IMG/VR virus record: IMGVR_UViG_3300047471_000729
Coordinates: 1 to 64,000 of that record
Direction: 5' to 3' (one strand)
From: a virus
DNA: 64,000 nucleotides
How positions within the stretch are numbered: the first letter of the stretch is position 1; each line of letters opens with the position of its first letter. Both the position numbers and the translations under genes were made by a program. Below are positions 10,456 through 19,988 of this stretch, in pieces. The notes beneath the pieces are model-generated. The model had not been told where the DNA came from, did no database searches, and saw nothing but the letters and a program-made list of their open reading frames with translations.

Positions 10456-11297
10456 TGGCGTCCGATACAACATTTGGACCCATACTCCCAGCACCTGTGC
10501 GGGACTACTTTACCTTTGACTTTACCAATGAAATTGGTAATGTCCCGCCAGGTGCTACTAATACCAGTCCCGTTATCCAGTCAGCATTATGGACTATTGA
10601 TATTGAACCAACATCAGATCCGACTCTTGACTTGACACCATTGTCTAGGTTGATTGGTACACCTGTATTTGATCAGTATAAGACCAGTCAACTAGTAGGA
10701 GATATGGTTGACCAATGTATCTATGTATTGACTGCTCAAGTAGCCTTAGATGACGGAAGGATTTTATTGAAGTCTGGTGAATGTGTTTGTATGACATGGC
10801 AAGAACCCGTCTTGCCACCAGTAGACGCATTTGTTGTCAAGTTTGATTATGATAGATTTACTAGTGCTTTCCCTCAGTTTAGTGGTACAGATAGTGACGC
10901 CTTAGAAAGGATGTGGATTACTGCAGGATTGATATTTAGAAATGATGCGACTAGTCCTGAGCAGGATCTAAATACAAGAGCCTATTTATTGGCATTGTTG
11001 ACTGCTCACATTGCAACACTGTTTGCTGGACCAGGTGGTCCTGGTATGGGTGGGTATGGCGGTAGTGGAATGGTGGGAAGAATTAACAGCAAATCGGTAA
11101 ACGGTGTAAGTGTTTCCTCCGAGGGATTCCCTGGTGTTACAGGTACTCAGAGCTGGTATTTGATGACCCAGTTTGGAGCTTTGTTTTGGAAGGCAACAGC
11201 AGCCTATCGTACCTTCCATTATGTACCTGGGCCTGTTAGGTTTCCAACTTACTTTGGTTGGCCTTATGGTAGGTTTGGAGGACCTTGGTTGACTTAG
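10455..11297 (+). CDS. Head-tail connector (DUF4054-like) with an extra N-terminal beta domain
   Basis: FDYDRFTSAFPQF...LLTAHIA...GRINSKSVNGVSVS...WYLMTQFGALFWKAT in the C-terminal half. Confidence 0.75.
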   Translation: MASDTTFGPILPAPVRDYFTFDFTNEIGNVPPGATNTSPVIQSALWTIDIEPTSDPTLDLTPLSRLIGTPVFDQYKTSQLVGDMVDQCIYVLTAQVALDDGRILLKSGECVCMTWQEPVLPPVDAFVVKFDYDRFTSAFPQFSGTDSDALERMWITAGLIFRNDATSPEQDLNTRAYLLALLTAHIATLFAGPGGPGMGGYGGSGMVGRINSKSVNGVSVSSEGFPGVTGTQSWYLMTQFGALFWKATAAYRTFHYVPGPVRFPTYFGWPYGRFGGPWLT

Positions 11298-11501
11298 GTT
11301 GGGAGGTAGTGATGCCTATAGTGGAGCATGACGAACCCCGAAGTGAAACAATGTCATGGCGGCCCCTGCCATACCTGGCGCCAGGTGAAGTGGAGCGGAG
11401 GTCTGATATCACCGCTGTGTGGTCGGAAACGACGGGCGATGATGAGGGGCAGGCGGGAGCCGGTAAAGAGTAGCCCGCACTTTTGATAGGGGAGAAATGT
11501 T

Positions 11502-11822
11502 ATGCCGTTTGATGGTACAGGCTTTGATCCGGTAACCCGTAGGTTGATACTGGCGCGGGAAAGAGTTGAAGCAGGGTGGTGTAAGGGTACCTTTCGAACC
11601 AACCAACAAGAGTACTGTATGTTGGGTGCGATTGGATTCCGTTCTCTGAAAGAGATCACTGATAGTTTCAAGTCCTACCGGTCGCTTAGGTTTAAGGCAA
11701 TGATGCGACTGCAAGATGCCTTGGGTCATGATTGGTCCATAATAGCTTGGCAAGACAAACACAGGCGGACCAAGGAGGAAGTCTTAGCCATCTTTGATAA
11801 GGCTCTCACCCTTGTGGGATGA
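11502..11822 (+). CDS. Hypothetical protein (DUF6197-like)
   Basis: GWCKG...YCMLGAI...WQD...RTKEEVLAIFDKA pattern. GGAG RBS. Confidence 0.55.
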   Translation: MPFDGTGFDPVTRRLILARERVEAGWCKGTFRTNQQEYCMLGAIGFRSLKEITDSFKSYRSLRFKAMMRLQDALGHDWSIIAWQDKHRRTKEEVLAIFDKALTLVG

Positions 11823-11974
11823 GCCTGGTACTGAATGATGCGTTGGTATTGATATTTGTCTCTCAGATAGTGCTGGTGTTTGTATTGTTGGCTTGCTACA
11901 AAGCCGATATTCCAATCCGTATACTAGAGTTGATGATAATATTGTCATGGGGTTGGTTGTTGTGTTGTTTATAA
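11819..11974 (+). CDS. Small two-TM membrane protein, holin candidate
   Basis: Own translation: MSLVLNDALVLIFVSQIVLVFVLLACYKADIPIRILELMIILSWGWLLCCL. ATGA overlap with the upstream gene; upstream of the lysozyme. Confidence 0.35.
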   Translation: MSLVLNDALVLIFVSQIVLVFVLLACYKADIPIRILELMIILSWGWLLCCL

Positions 11975-12265
11975 TACTCTGGTTACGCGGTGTGGTGCTG
12001 GTGCTGTGGTTTAGTTTTCTTGGGATGCTGTTAACACATCCCATAGTTACTTTCTATTGGGTTAGTGCTAGGCCTATTCCCCTCACTTTATTGTCATTGA
12101 TTTGCTTGATGACGGTGCTCCCACCGCCCAGTCGCTAAGTTCCCTACTAATACTCACTCATACATCGTTTTCCAGGCGATTCTAGCGGTATTACCGGAGC
12201 GTCGAGTACCGCAGCATAGCTAGGATACTTCACCTCGATGTACACCCTGTAAATAGGCATTCATC

Positions 12266-12712
12266 ATGCAGATGTCAGACAATGGTCGTCGCCTCTTGAT
12301 GGAGCGGGAAGGCGTTAAGTTAACCGCTTATCAAGACAGCAAAGGCATTTGGACTATTGGGGTGGGTCATACCAGTGTGGCTGGCCCTCCAACAGTCACT
12401 CCTGGTTTGACTATTACCAGGGAAGAGGTAGAAGAAATCTTTGAAAGAGACATTGCCAAGTTTGAGAATGGTGTTTCCGCAAGACTAAAGCGTGAGGTTA
12501 ATCAGCATCAGTTTGATGCTTTAGTATCGATCGCCTATAACATTGGCTTAGGTGGATTTGGTGGATCCACGTTCTTGCGGCATATTAACGATGGTCTCAT
12601 TGAAGCGGCAGCAGATGCCATTCTAATGTGGAATAAACCACCTGAGATCATTGGTAGAAGACGTGCAGAAGCTGAACAGTTTCTTGATTTGCAACATGTT
12701 GCTCGTGTATAA
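12266..12712 (+). CDS. Endolysin, GH24 lysozyme
   Basis: REGVKLTAYQDSKGIWTIGVGHT (E-x8-D-x5-T triad), QHQFDALVSIAYNIG and RRRAEAEQF. Confidence 0.92.
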   Translation: MQMSDNGRRLLMEREGVKLTAYQDSKGIWTIGVGHTSVAGPPTVTPGLTITREEVEEIFERDIAKFENGVSARLKREVNQHQFDALVSIAYNIGLGGFGGSTFLRHINDGLIEAAADAILMWNKPPEIIGRRRAEAEQFLDLQHVARV

Positions 12713-12813
12713 TGCAGTCATTGGAACTATTAACAATCATACTGGTAGGTATAAAAGTGGTGGTGGACTCGGGGTTGTTTATCCTCTTGATCCTTAAAGT
12801 GTATCATTCATGA
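12712..12813 (+). CDS. 33-aa hydrophobic protein, possible lysis accessory
   Basis: MQSLELLTIILVGIKVVVDSGLFILLILKVYHS. TAATG and ATGA overlaps with both neighbours. Confidence 0.4.
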   Translation: MQSLELLTIILVGIKVVVDSGLFILLILKVYHS

Positions 12814-13619
12814 GAACAGTTGGTCTCCCCCCAGAACTTGCCCGTTCACGCTGGCGTCCTACCGCTACCCAGCGTAGGCAATTACAACGTGAACGGCAAC
12901 ATTTTGAGAAGGTAAGGCGGGCTGAAAGATATTATGCACAACAACTAAGAGCAGTTGCTCGTAATATTGGCATGATCATCAATGGTTTCACCCCAGGTGA
13001 TAGAGACCATTTACCTCAGCTAATAGAGCTGCTTAGTAGATATTCAGCAATGATTAACCCCTGGGCTAGAGTAACTGCAGCCCGCATGATAGCTGAAGTC
13101 TCACGTAGAGATGCAGGAGCCTGGTTTAGGCTTAGTAGGGAAATTGGTGTTGAGTTAAGAAACATGATTGAGAATGCCCCTATTGGTGGGGTAATCAAGC
13201 AAATGTTAGATGATCAAGTTACTCTAATCACATCTTTACCTATTGATGCAGGTAGAAGAGTACAGGAATACACACAAGACTTTGTTGTAGGTGGACGCAG
13301 ATATGACGACCTTGTTCAGTTGGTGCGGGATTCTGGTAATGTTACAGTATCTAGAGCCACGCTCATTGCGCGGACTGAAACGGCTAAGTGTCAATCGGCT
13401 ATTGTTCAGGCACGCGCACAACACATAGGTGCAGAACAGTATATCTGGAGGACAGTAAGAGATGCGGCTGTTAGGCGGGAACACAGGGCTTTGGAAGGGA
13501 CAATACAATCATGGGATGACCCACCCGTGGCTGAGGCCGGTGGTGAGCGCCATCACCCTGGTAACTTTCCTAATTGCCGTTGCTTCGCTGAGCCTATTCT
13601 TCCTGAGGTGATAGTGTGA
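12810..13619 (+). CDS. Head morphogenesis protein (Mu gpF / SPP1 gp7 family)
   Basis: RATLIARTETAK, YIWRTVRDAAVRREH and HPGNFPNCRC motifs. Confidence 0.9.
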   Translation: MRTVGLPPELARSRWRPTATQRRQLQRERQHFEKVRRAERYYAQQLRAVARNIGMIINGFTPGDRDHLPQLIELLSRYSAMINPWARVTAARMIAEVSRRDAGAWFRLSREIGVELRNMIENAPIGGVIKQMLDDQVTLITSLPIDAGRRVQEYTQDFVVGGRRYDDLVQLVRDSGNVTVSRATLIARTETAKCQSAIVQARAQHIGAEQYIWRTVRDAAVRREHRALEGTIQSWDDPPVAEAGGERHHPGNFPNCRCFAEPILPEVIV

Positions 13620-13887
13620 CAGACTATTACACAAGTCAACCTGGTAGTGTTCTCAAGTTTAATGACTTGGAACATAGTTGGTTAACCTTTAACCCCTGTG
13701 GTGTAAGAGTCAATCTAAAGACAGGTGAAGTAGTCATTCCTGAAGGTATAACGTTAGATGAAGCATCCCGCGCGTTCTGGGAAGGATTGAGTCACTTTTA
13801 TGGGGTTAAAGTTTAAAGTTTCGAAGCGCGCGCGCATCCATCCCGCGTACGCGCGCTTCGAAAAATAATCGAAAAGGAGTCTTTTTA

Positions 13888-14136
13888 GTGGGCATGATAG
13901 CCGCGCGGGTATGCTTGCATGGGAGGAGTATTATTGTGGAAGAATGGCAAGTCAGAGTCATGGAAGAGCGTCAGGAATTGAATGATAGACTACAGCGTTT
14001 AGCAAAATTCATCAAGAGTAAAGAGGCGTTTGCCTTAAATCATATAGACTTTGCCCTTTTGTATTCACAAGAGTCAGCTATGCGGTCATACTTAACCATC
14101 CTCAATCAACGTATTGATAGGTGGACTAATGCCTGA
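13888..14136 (+). CDS. Small coiled-coil phage protein (crAss001_48-like); likely start GTG near 13936
   Basis: WQVRVMEERQELNDRLQRLAKFI...LLYSQESAMRSYLTILNQRI. GGAGG RBS before the GTG. Confidence 0.55.
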   Translation: MGMIAARVCLHGRSIIVEEWQVRVMEERQELNDRLQRLAKFIKSKEAFALNHIDFALLYSQESAMRSYLTILNQRIDRWTNA

Positions 14137-14683
14137 TGACACAGACAATTACGACAAGATCACCAAGGCACTGGAACGCCTTGCTGATATACATGTCATG
14201 GTGGGCATTCCTGCTGCCAATGATCAGCGCAGTGATAAAGCACCCAGCAACGCAACATTAGGTTATATCCACGAGGTAGGTAGTCCAATCAACAACATCC
14301 CAGCGCGTCCATTCCTAGTACCTGGTGTCAGGTCATCTGAGCGTGAGTGGACAAAGTATATGGTGCAGGCTGGGCAGGCTGCCTTTCGTGGTGATGAAGG
14401 TGTACTTGATAGAGCATTGAATGCCGCAGGACAAACGGCTGTCACGGCGGTCAAGAAGACAATAGTTGCTGGCATTCCACCACCACTAAAGCCAGGCACC
14501 GTTGCAGCAAGGGCTAGGCATGCAGGGGATGCCGCCTTTAATCAGGCCTATAGGCAATGGCATGCCAATTATAGACCAGGTCATACAGAAGTAACATCAG
14601 GTGGTGTCACCCCATTGATAGATACTGCACAGCTAATAAACAGCATTACTTACGTGGTAAAGAAGCGTCCCGCACCACCTTAA
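14114..14683 (+). CDS. Neck/tail-completion protein
   Basis: VMVGIP...SNATLGYIHEVGSPINNIPARPFLVPG...PLIDTAQLINSITYVV. Confidence 0.75.
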   Translation: MIGGLMPDDTDNYDKITKALERLADIHVMVGIPAANDQRSDKAPSNATLGYIHEVGSPINNIPARPFLVPGVRSSEREWTKYMVQAGQAAFRGDEGVLDRALNAAGQTAVTAVKKTIVAGIPPPLKPGTVAARARHAGDAAFNQAYRQWHANYRPGHTEVTSGGVTPLIDTAQLINSITYVVKKRPAPP

Positions 14684-14774
14684 ACAACAACGTACACGCG
14701 CGCATATATACGCGCGCACGCACAAGTGGCCAAGTCCCCATTTTGCCTGTAAATAGGATCTAAAAGGCAAAGGC

Positions 14775-15191
14775 ATGCCAATACACAATGTAGATGAAGC
14801 ATTCGACCCTACCTTCTGGGATTACATCACTGTTGTCAGGCGTCAAGAGACTGTGAGCGGGCAAGGTCGCACGGTAATGAAGTTAGTCACTAGTCAACAA
14901 TTAGCGGTAGTAGTACCTGCATCACCAAATGATCTAAACAGATTGCCTGAAGCCGATATGATGAATAGAGCAATCACGATCTATACACCATACAGGCTAC
15001 AAAGTTCATCTATTAACCATCTCACAGGTAGTCAAACTTTACCTGATCAGATTGTCTGGCACAATACCACGTTTATTGTGCGTATACTTGATGACTATTC
15101 AGGTTATGGGCGAGGTTGGATTCAAGCAACAGCTGTGTCTTACGACTCTATCCCTGCCCCTCCCATACCAGATCCTATAGGCAGTGCCTAA
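14775..15191 (+). CDS. Head-tail adaptor/closure protein
   Basis: ITVVRRQETVSGQGR...PDQIVWH...DYSGYGRGW pattern, and position in the neck module. Confidence 0.65.
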   Translation: MPIHNVDEAFDPTFWDYITVVRRQETVSGQGRTVMKLVTSQQLAVVVPASPNDLNRLPEADMMNRAITIYTPYRLQSSSINHLTGSQTLPDQIVWHNTTFIVRILDDYSGYGRGWIQATAVSYDSIPAPPIPDPIGSA

Positions 15192-15517
15192 GATGACTAA
15201 AAACGAAGCTGATGAGATTATCGATAGGCTTGATAAACTTATAGTTTTACTGAAAGTCTTAATAGAACAGTCTAGAAAATCTGAACCGGTTCGATTGTCT
15301 GCTGATGACTTGTATAGTCTTACGCATAGAAAGACCTAACAAGTTCAGGCCTCCCAACTCGCCCCCGAGGTGGTACCGCCGGAGATATGGGAGAGAGGGC
15401 AATGCAAGTCCAACAGTTGGGTGGAAGGACTTGCTTCAAGTGGAACGCGACAGAAATGCGACAAGCCAGTAGTCAAGAGTCCACGGACTGGCACAGCCTT
15501 TCCAAGGGAGTAGACTC

Positions 15518-15907
15518 ATGCACAGTGCAGTTCGGACGCGGATACAGCGCAATGCTGACTACCATGCTGCGGTAGCCGAGCATTACACTTCTCTTCAAAA
15601 GAAGGCGACTAATGGCAATGGTGAGGGTCACCCCAATCCTGATGCACCACCACCGCCACCTGTAGAGACTGGCAGTGGTCGTAGGCGGGGTTCGGCACCT
15701 GTTGCTGTACCTGCAAATCACACCGGTCCTTCTTCTGAGGACTTGGCTAAACTGATCGAGACGCACACAGAAGCAGCCGCACAACTAAACGCTCTGCTTG
15801 TCAATGATAGGCAACAGTCAATAATCAAGGAGCGTGCCAAGCCTGCTGTTACTCGTCAGACTGGGACTATTAGGTCTGATCTCGCTAGGTCACTACGGAC
15901 CCACTAA
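15518..15907 (+). CDS. Hypothetical protein
   Basis: ORF with GGAG RBS, coupled (TAATG) to the next gene. Confidence 0.45.
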   Translation: MHSAVRTRIQRNADYHAAVAEHYTSLQKKATNGNGEGHPNPDAPPPPPVETGSGRRRGSAPVAVPANHTGPSSEDLAKLIETHTEAAAQLNALLVNDRQQSIIKERAKPAVTRQTGTIRSDLARSLRTH

Positions 15908-16605
15908 TGCCTTTTGTCCCTGACAGTAGGCAGGCAGGGTATCTTGGCCCGGAGCCGACGCCAAGACCACCGCACGATCAGTCATGGGAGAATTTCTTGC
16001 ATGACATCATTGCAGGGGTCACTGGTCTGCCACCCGATCTGGTTAGGCCTCGCTGGCAACCTGAGCCACCGAATATGCCGGCTTTTGGCACAGATTGGGT
16101 GGCGTTCGGCATAATGTCAACTGAGGTTGACTTTGACCCTTGGCTGGGTAATGATCCTCACGGTAACAATGGTCTGGGTCAACTAAAACTACAGGAACAC
16201 CAAATTGACACAATAATGTGTTCCTTCTACGGTGACAATGCAGGTCAGTACGCCAGCTTCTTTAGAAGAGGTTTCTTTATCTGGCAGAATAGGGCTGTGC
16301 TGCGGGCTAATGCTTGTGGTCTTGTTGAGATTAAATCAATGAACCACGCACCAGAGTTGTATATGAACCAATGGGTTAATCGAATAGATGTTGATCTTGT
16401 ACTTAGACGAGAAGTTAGGTACAACTATAACGTTGCAACTATTATTGGTGCACAGGTTGGTATTGAAGCAGAACCACCCTTTGAGAGCAGAAGGCATTTC
16501 CATAGGGATGTTGAGGTTGGCTCCGAGACATTATGGGATCACTATGCTCGTGGTCACTTTACCTACTGGGATGATGGTAGAACAAAGTGGGATGTAATAG
16601 AATGA
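15907..16605 (+). CDS. Tail terminator/neck protein
   Basis: GVTGLPPDLVRPRWQPEPP...WVAFGI...SFYG...QWVNRIDV. Upstream of the sheath gene. Confidence 0.7.
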   Translation: MPFVPDSRQAGYLGPEPTPRPPHDQSWENFLHDIIAGVTGLPPDLVRPRWQPEPPNMPAFGTDWVAFGIMSTEVDFDPWLGNDPHGNNGLGQLKLQEHQIDTIMCSFYGDNAGQYASFFRRGFFIWQNRAVLRANACGLVEIKSMNHAPELYMNQWVNRIDVDLVLRREVRYNYNVATIIGAQVGIEAEPPFESRRHFHRDVEVGSETLWDHYARGHFTYWDDGRTKWDVIE

Positions 16606-16819
16606 CTTCACTAATAGATCCCACCGTACCAGAAGAAGGTAATGCCTTTACTAGGGATGTCCGCAACAACTTTGCTATTGCTCAGGAAGAGATTACTGAA
16701 TTGCAGACTCAGGTTAATCTACAGATTCAACAGATTGCTGATTTGCAGATGCGTGTGACTATACTTGAGACCCAGTTAACTGGGTTCATCACCAAAGATC
16801 CTCCAGAGGAGTAACTATC

Positions 16820-18322
16820 ATGCAAGGCTTGAGCGTATCGCGCGTAGTCGACGTGGAGGTCAGCTTTGCGCCGATCGCCGCGCCTCTAGCCCGTTTCGAT
16901 ACTCTGTTGATTATGGGCGATAGTACCGTAGTCGACACGGGTGAAGCAATGCGGGAGTACAATACCATTGAAGAAGTCGCTGGTGACTTTGGTACTACCG
17001 CACCGGAGTTCCTGGCAGCAGAACTGTTCTTTAGTCAAGTACCAAAGCCTACCACACTATTCATTGGTCGGTGGGCAAGGACACCGACTTCAGGGCGCCT
17101 GACAGGTGGGCCTATGCCTTCCGAGGATCAGGTGATCAGCAACTGGACCTCAATCATCAATGGTGGGTTCCAGATCTCTGTTGATGGTGGTCCTGTTGTA
17201 TCAATTGTCAATATGGACTTTTCACTGCAGACCAACCTCAATGGTATTGCTACGATAATCAATGCCGCCTTTGCTGCACTTACACCAACACCTGTTCATG
17301 CACTCTGCACCTGGACTGGACATCAATTTATCATCCAGAGTACTACTACCGGTCCTACCTCATCGGTTAGCTTTCTGCTGCCACCGCCGGGGGCGCCTGC
17401 TACGGCTACAGACATCTCGGATAATATGCTGTGCACCGCTGCACTAGCCCAGCGTAGTTCGCCCGGTGTCGCACTAGAGACACCAGTAGACAGCGTGGTG
17501 CGGGTGGATGGTCGTGGGTGGTACTCGCTGATCTTTGCAGCTAGTGCACCATTGACTGATGCTCAGCACTTGGCGGTTTGTGGTTATATTGAAGCCGCAT
17601 CCGATAAGCATCTGTACGGCATCACCACAGCAGAGGCGACCTGCATTGATCCGGTCAATACTACTGATATTGGCAGCCAGTGCTCCCTGGCGGATTACAT
17701 GCGGACTGCCGTTCAGTATTGCGCCACCAATAGTTATGCTATGGCCAGCTTCTTTGGTCGCGCGCTAACTGTTAACTTCGAAGGTAGCAACACTACCATC
17801 ACAATGAAGTTTAAGGTGCAGCCAGGAATCATCCCAGAGCTGCTATCAGCGACTTCAGCTAGTACTCTTGCCAGCAAGCGTATCAACGTCTATGCTCAAT
17901 ACAATAATGGCACAAGCATTATTGAAGAGGGCGTGATGAGTGGTCGCGCTTACTTTGATGAGATGCACGGTCTGGATTGGTTGGCAAACCGCATTCAGAC
18001 TGACGTGTACAATGTCCTGTATCAGTCACCCAAGATCCCACAGACTGATCCAGGCATTCATGTGCTGGTTGCAACTACTGATGGTGCACTGTCACAGGGT
18101 GTCACCAATGGTCTTATCGCACCGGGTAGATGGAATGCACCTGGCTTTGGTCAGTTGGGGCAAGGTGACCTGCTTTCCAGTGGTTGGTATACCTTTGCCG
18201 CCTCAGTTGACACGCAAGACCAGGCACAGCGTGAAGCGCGCATTGCACCACTGATCCAGGTCGCGGTAAAGTTGGCTGGTGCTGTCCACTTCTCGAACGT
18301 GCTCATAAATGTTAACCGTTAA
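16820..18322 (+). CDS. Contractile tail sheath protein, DUF3383 family
   Basis: GLSVSRVVDV, FFSQVPKPTTLFIGRW, TITMKFK, KIPQTD and KLAGAVH motifs. Confidence 0.9.
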   Translation: MQGLSVSRVVDVEVSFAPIAAPLARFDTLLIMGDSTVVDTGEAMREYNTIEEVAGDFGTTAPEFLAAELFFSQVPKPTTLFIGRWARTPTSGRLTGGPMPSEDQVISNWTSIINGGFQISVDGGPVVSIVNMDFSLQTNLNGIATIINAAFAALTPTPVHALCTWTGHQFIIQSTTTGPTSSVSFLLPPPGAPATATDISDNMLCTAALAQRSSPGVALETPVDSVVRVDGRGWYSLIFAASAPLTDAQHLAVCGYIEAASDKHLYGITTAEATCIDPVNTTDIGSQCSLADYMRTAVQYCATNSYAMASFFGRALTVNFEGSNTTITMKFKVQPGIIPELLSATSASTLASKRINVYAQYNNGTSIIEEGVMSGRAYFDEMHGLDWLANRIQTDVYNVLYQSPKIPQTDPGIHVLVATTDGALSQGVTNGLIAPGRWNAPGFGQLGQGDLLSSGWYTFAASVDTQDQAQREARIAPLIQVAVKLAGAVHFSNVLINVNR

Positions 18323-18385
18323 GTAATTCTTGCTTTTAATTAGTACTCTGCTATCCTCTTGTGGGATACCGAGGAGTACTGAGCG

Positions 18386-19033
18386 ATGGATTACTACGTC
18401 TATGTACTGATTCGATCTGACAATGGAAAGCCTTTCTACGTTGGATGTGCCATACAACTAGGTCGGATCAGTACACATCTTTCAGGTAGGGATACAGCAA
18501 CAGGTACGATTGTTCGGTCTCTTCGTGATCTAGGATATGAAACCATTCCAATAATAGTGAGGGATGATATAGAATATAAAGAAGCTCGTTTGATTGAGAC
18601 TTGTTTAATAGATGCGCTTAATGGGTTGATTGTAAACAAACGTAGATATGTTGGTGGGTTTTGTGAAGAAACTAGACGTCGAATGTCCCTTGCCAAACTC
18701 GGGAAGCCTAGTGCAAGAAAAGGTAAAAGATATGGACCTACTGAGCGAGGTAAGATTGCTCAAGGACAATTAGGTTGGATAACAAATGGTGTTGAAGATA
18801 AAAGAGTCAATAAGAACAACCCTATTCCTGATGGTTGGTATCGAGGCCGAAGTTTAATAGTTACTCAACAAGAATTAGATAAACGAATTGAACAGAAACA
18901 AGAGAATCGAAAGATTTGGCTTTATCGAAATCGAAATCGATCTTGGATCACGAACGGTTTAAAGAGTAAAAGGCTTCTTGATACTGACCCTATTCCTGAT
19001 GGTTGGTATCTTGGACGAAAAGTCAACCGGTAA
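18386..19033 (+). mobile_element. Free-standing GIY-YIG-like homing endonuclease with NUMOD3-like and duplicated WITNG...PDGWYxGR domains
   Basis: YYVYVL...PFYVG N-terminus, EETRRRMSLAKLGK, and two WITNG repeats. Has its own CTTGCT-N17-TATCCT promoter-like sequence at 18328-18358. Confidence 0.7.
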
Positions 19034-19163
19034 GGTTAAGCCGCCAAGGCCAAGTCGGCCCGACATCACAGGGCTTTTGGTTCCTGTTGGGATCGGTACA
19101 GCGGTTTCTAATAATGGCGTGGTCGCCCCTCCTCTTTCGACCGCGAAATCCGGACTAACGATC

Positions 19164-19409
19164 ATGGTCATTACACAATACTGGATCGATGCCGTCCCCT
19201 TTGCCAGCGAGGAAGAAGCCCTCGCGGCAATAGCGGATTTCGATCTCTACCACCCACACGACCTCTGCATCATCCATCGTTTCTCTCGTGATGGTATCTT
19301 TGTCCGCGCCTTCGATTATGATGCAGGCTCTAGTGGTTGGCTAACAACAGATGTGCGGGACGAGCAGACGATAACTAATTGGTACTTGGCTCGATTTCGC
19401 GCTCCCTAA
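19164..19409 (+). CDS. Hypothetical protein flanked by two related hairpin elements
   Basis: 3' part of ORF 18978..19409. ATG 19164 avoids overlap with the endonuclease gene. Confidence 0.4.
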   Translation: MVITQYWIDAVPFASEEEALAAIADFDLYHPHDLCIIHRFSRDGIFVRAFDYDAGSSGWLTTDVRDEQTITNWYLARFRAP

Positions 19410-19510
19410 GGGTGGCGGGGTCGTCCCTCCTTCCCGTTTACGACCCTGAAATGCAGACTGGCATACTCTGTCCACCACGTATGCTGTTTCCTGTTTCTTA
19501 GGAGAACCCA

Positions 19511-19978
19511 ATGGCAACCTACAGTTTCCAAGACAACATGTGCAGCATCTCTGGCCCCAATGGCAGTTTTAGTCTTGGGGCTGGTGCTGGCGACGCTGAA
19601 GGTGGTATCAGTGTCGTGATGACAGAAGACAAGTCCACGATGACTATTGGCGCCGACGGTTCTGTAATGCACTCGCTGCACGCGGGCAAGTCAGCAACGG
19701 TCACGGTGCGCCTGCTCAAGACAAGCCCAACTAATGCTCAGTTGTCAGCAATGTATGCTGCGGATTGCGTCTTTAGTCAGTCGTTCGGCATCAATACAAT
19801 CTCGATAAGAGACATGGCGCGCAATGACGTTATTGTCTGCCAGATGTGCGCCTGGGCAAAGTTTGCTGACGTCACTTATGCCAAGGAAGGTGGCGAGATG
19901 ACGTGGACTTTCCACGCCGGTATTGTCGACTTTGTCCTTGGTACAGGTCTGGCAAGCGCGACTGGTATAGCAGCGTAG
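19511..19978 (+). CDS. Tail tube protein, DUF3277 family
   Basis: MATYSF...MTIGADGSVMHSLHAGKSATVTVRLLKTSPTNAQL. AGGAG RBS. Confidence 0.88.
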   Translation: MATYSFQDNMCSISGPNGSFSLGAGAGDAEGGISVVMTEDKSTMTIGADGSVMHSLHAGKSATVTVRLLKTSPTNAQLSAMYAADCVFSQSFGINTISIRDMARNDVIVCQMCAWAKFADVTYAKEGGEMTWTFHAGIVDFVLGTGLASATGIAA

Positions 19979-19988
19979 GAGTAGACTT

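Noticed and set aside
15340-15517. Hairpins upstream of the 15518 ORF as an ncRNA
   Set aside because: Short stems (GCAAGTCC/GGACTTGC, GCCAGT/ACTGGC) are present, but there is no promoter, repeat or covariation support.
18323-19510. Group I intron around the GIY-YIG gene
   Set aside because: The sheath and tube genes are each complete, and I could not identify intron core elements, so the gene is treated as free-standing.
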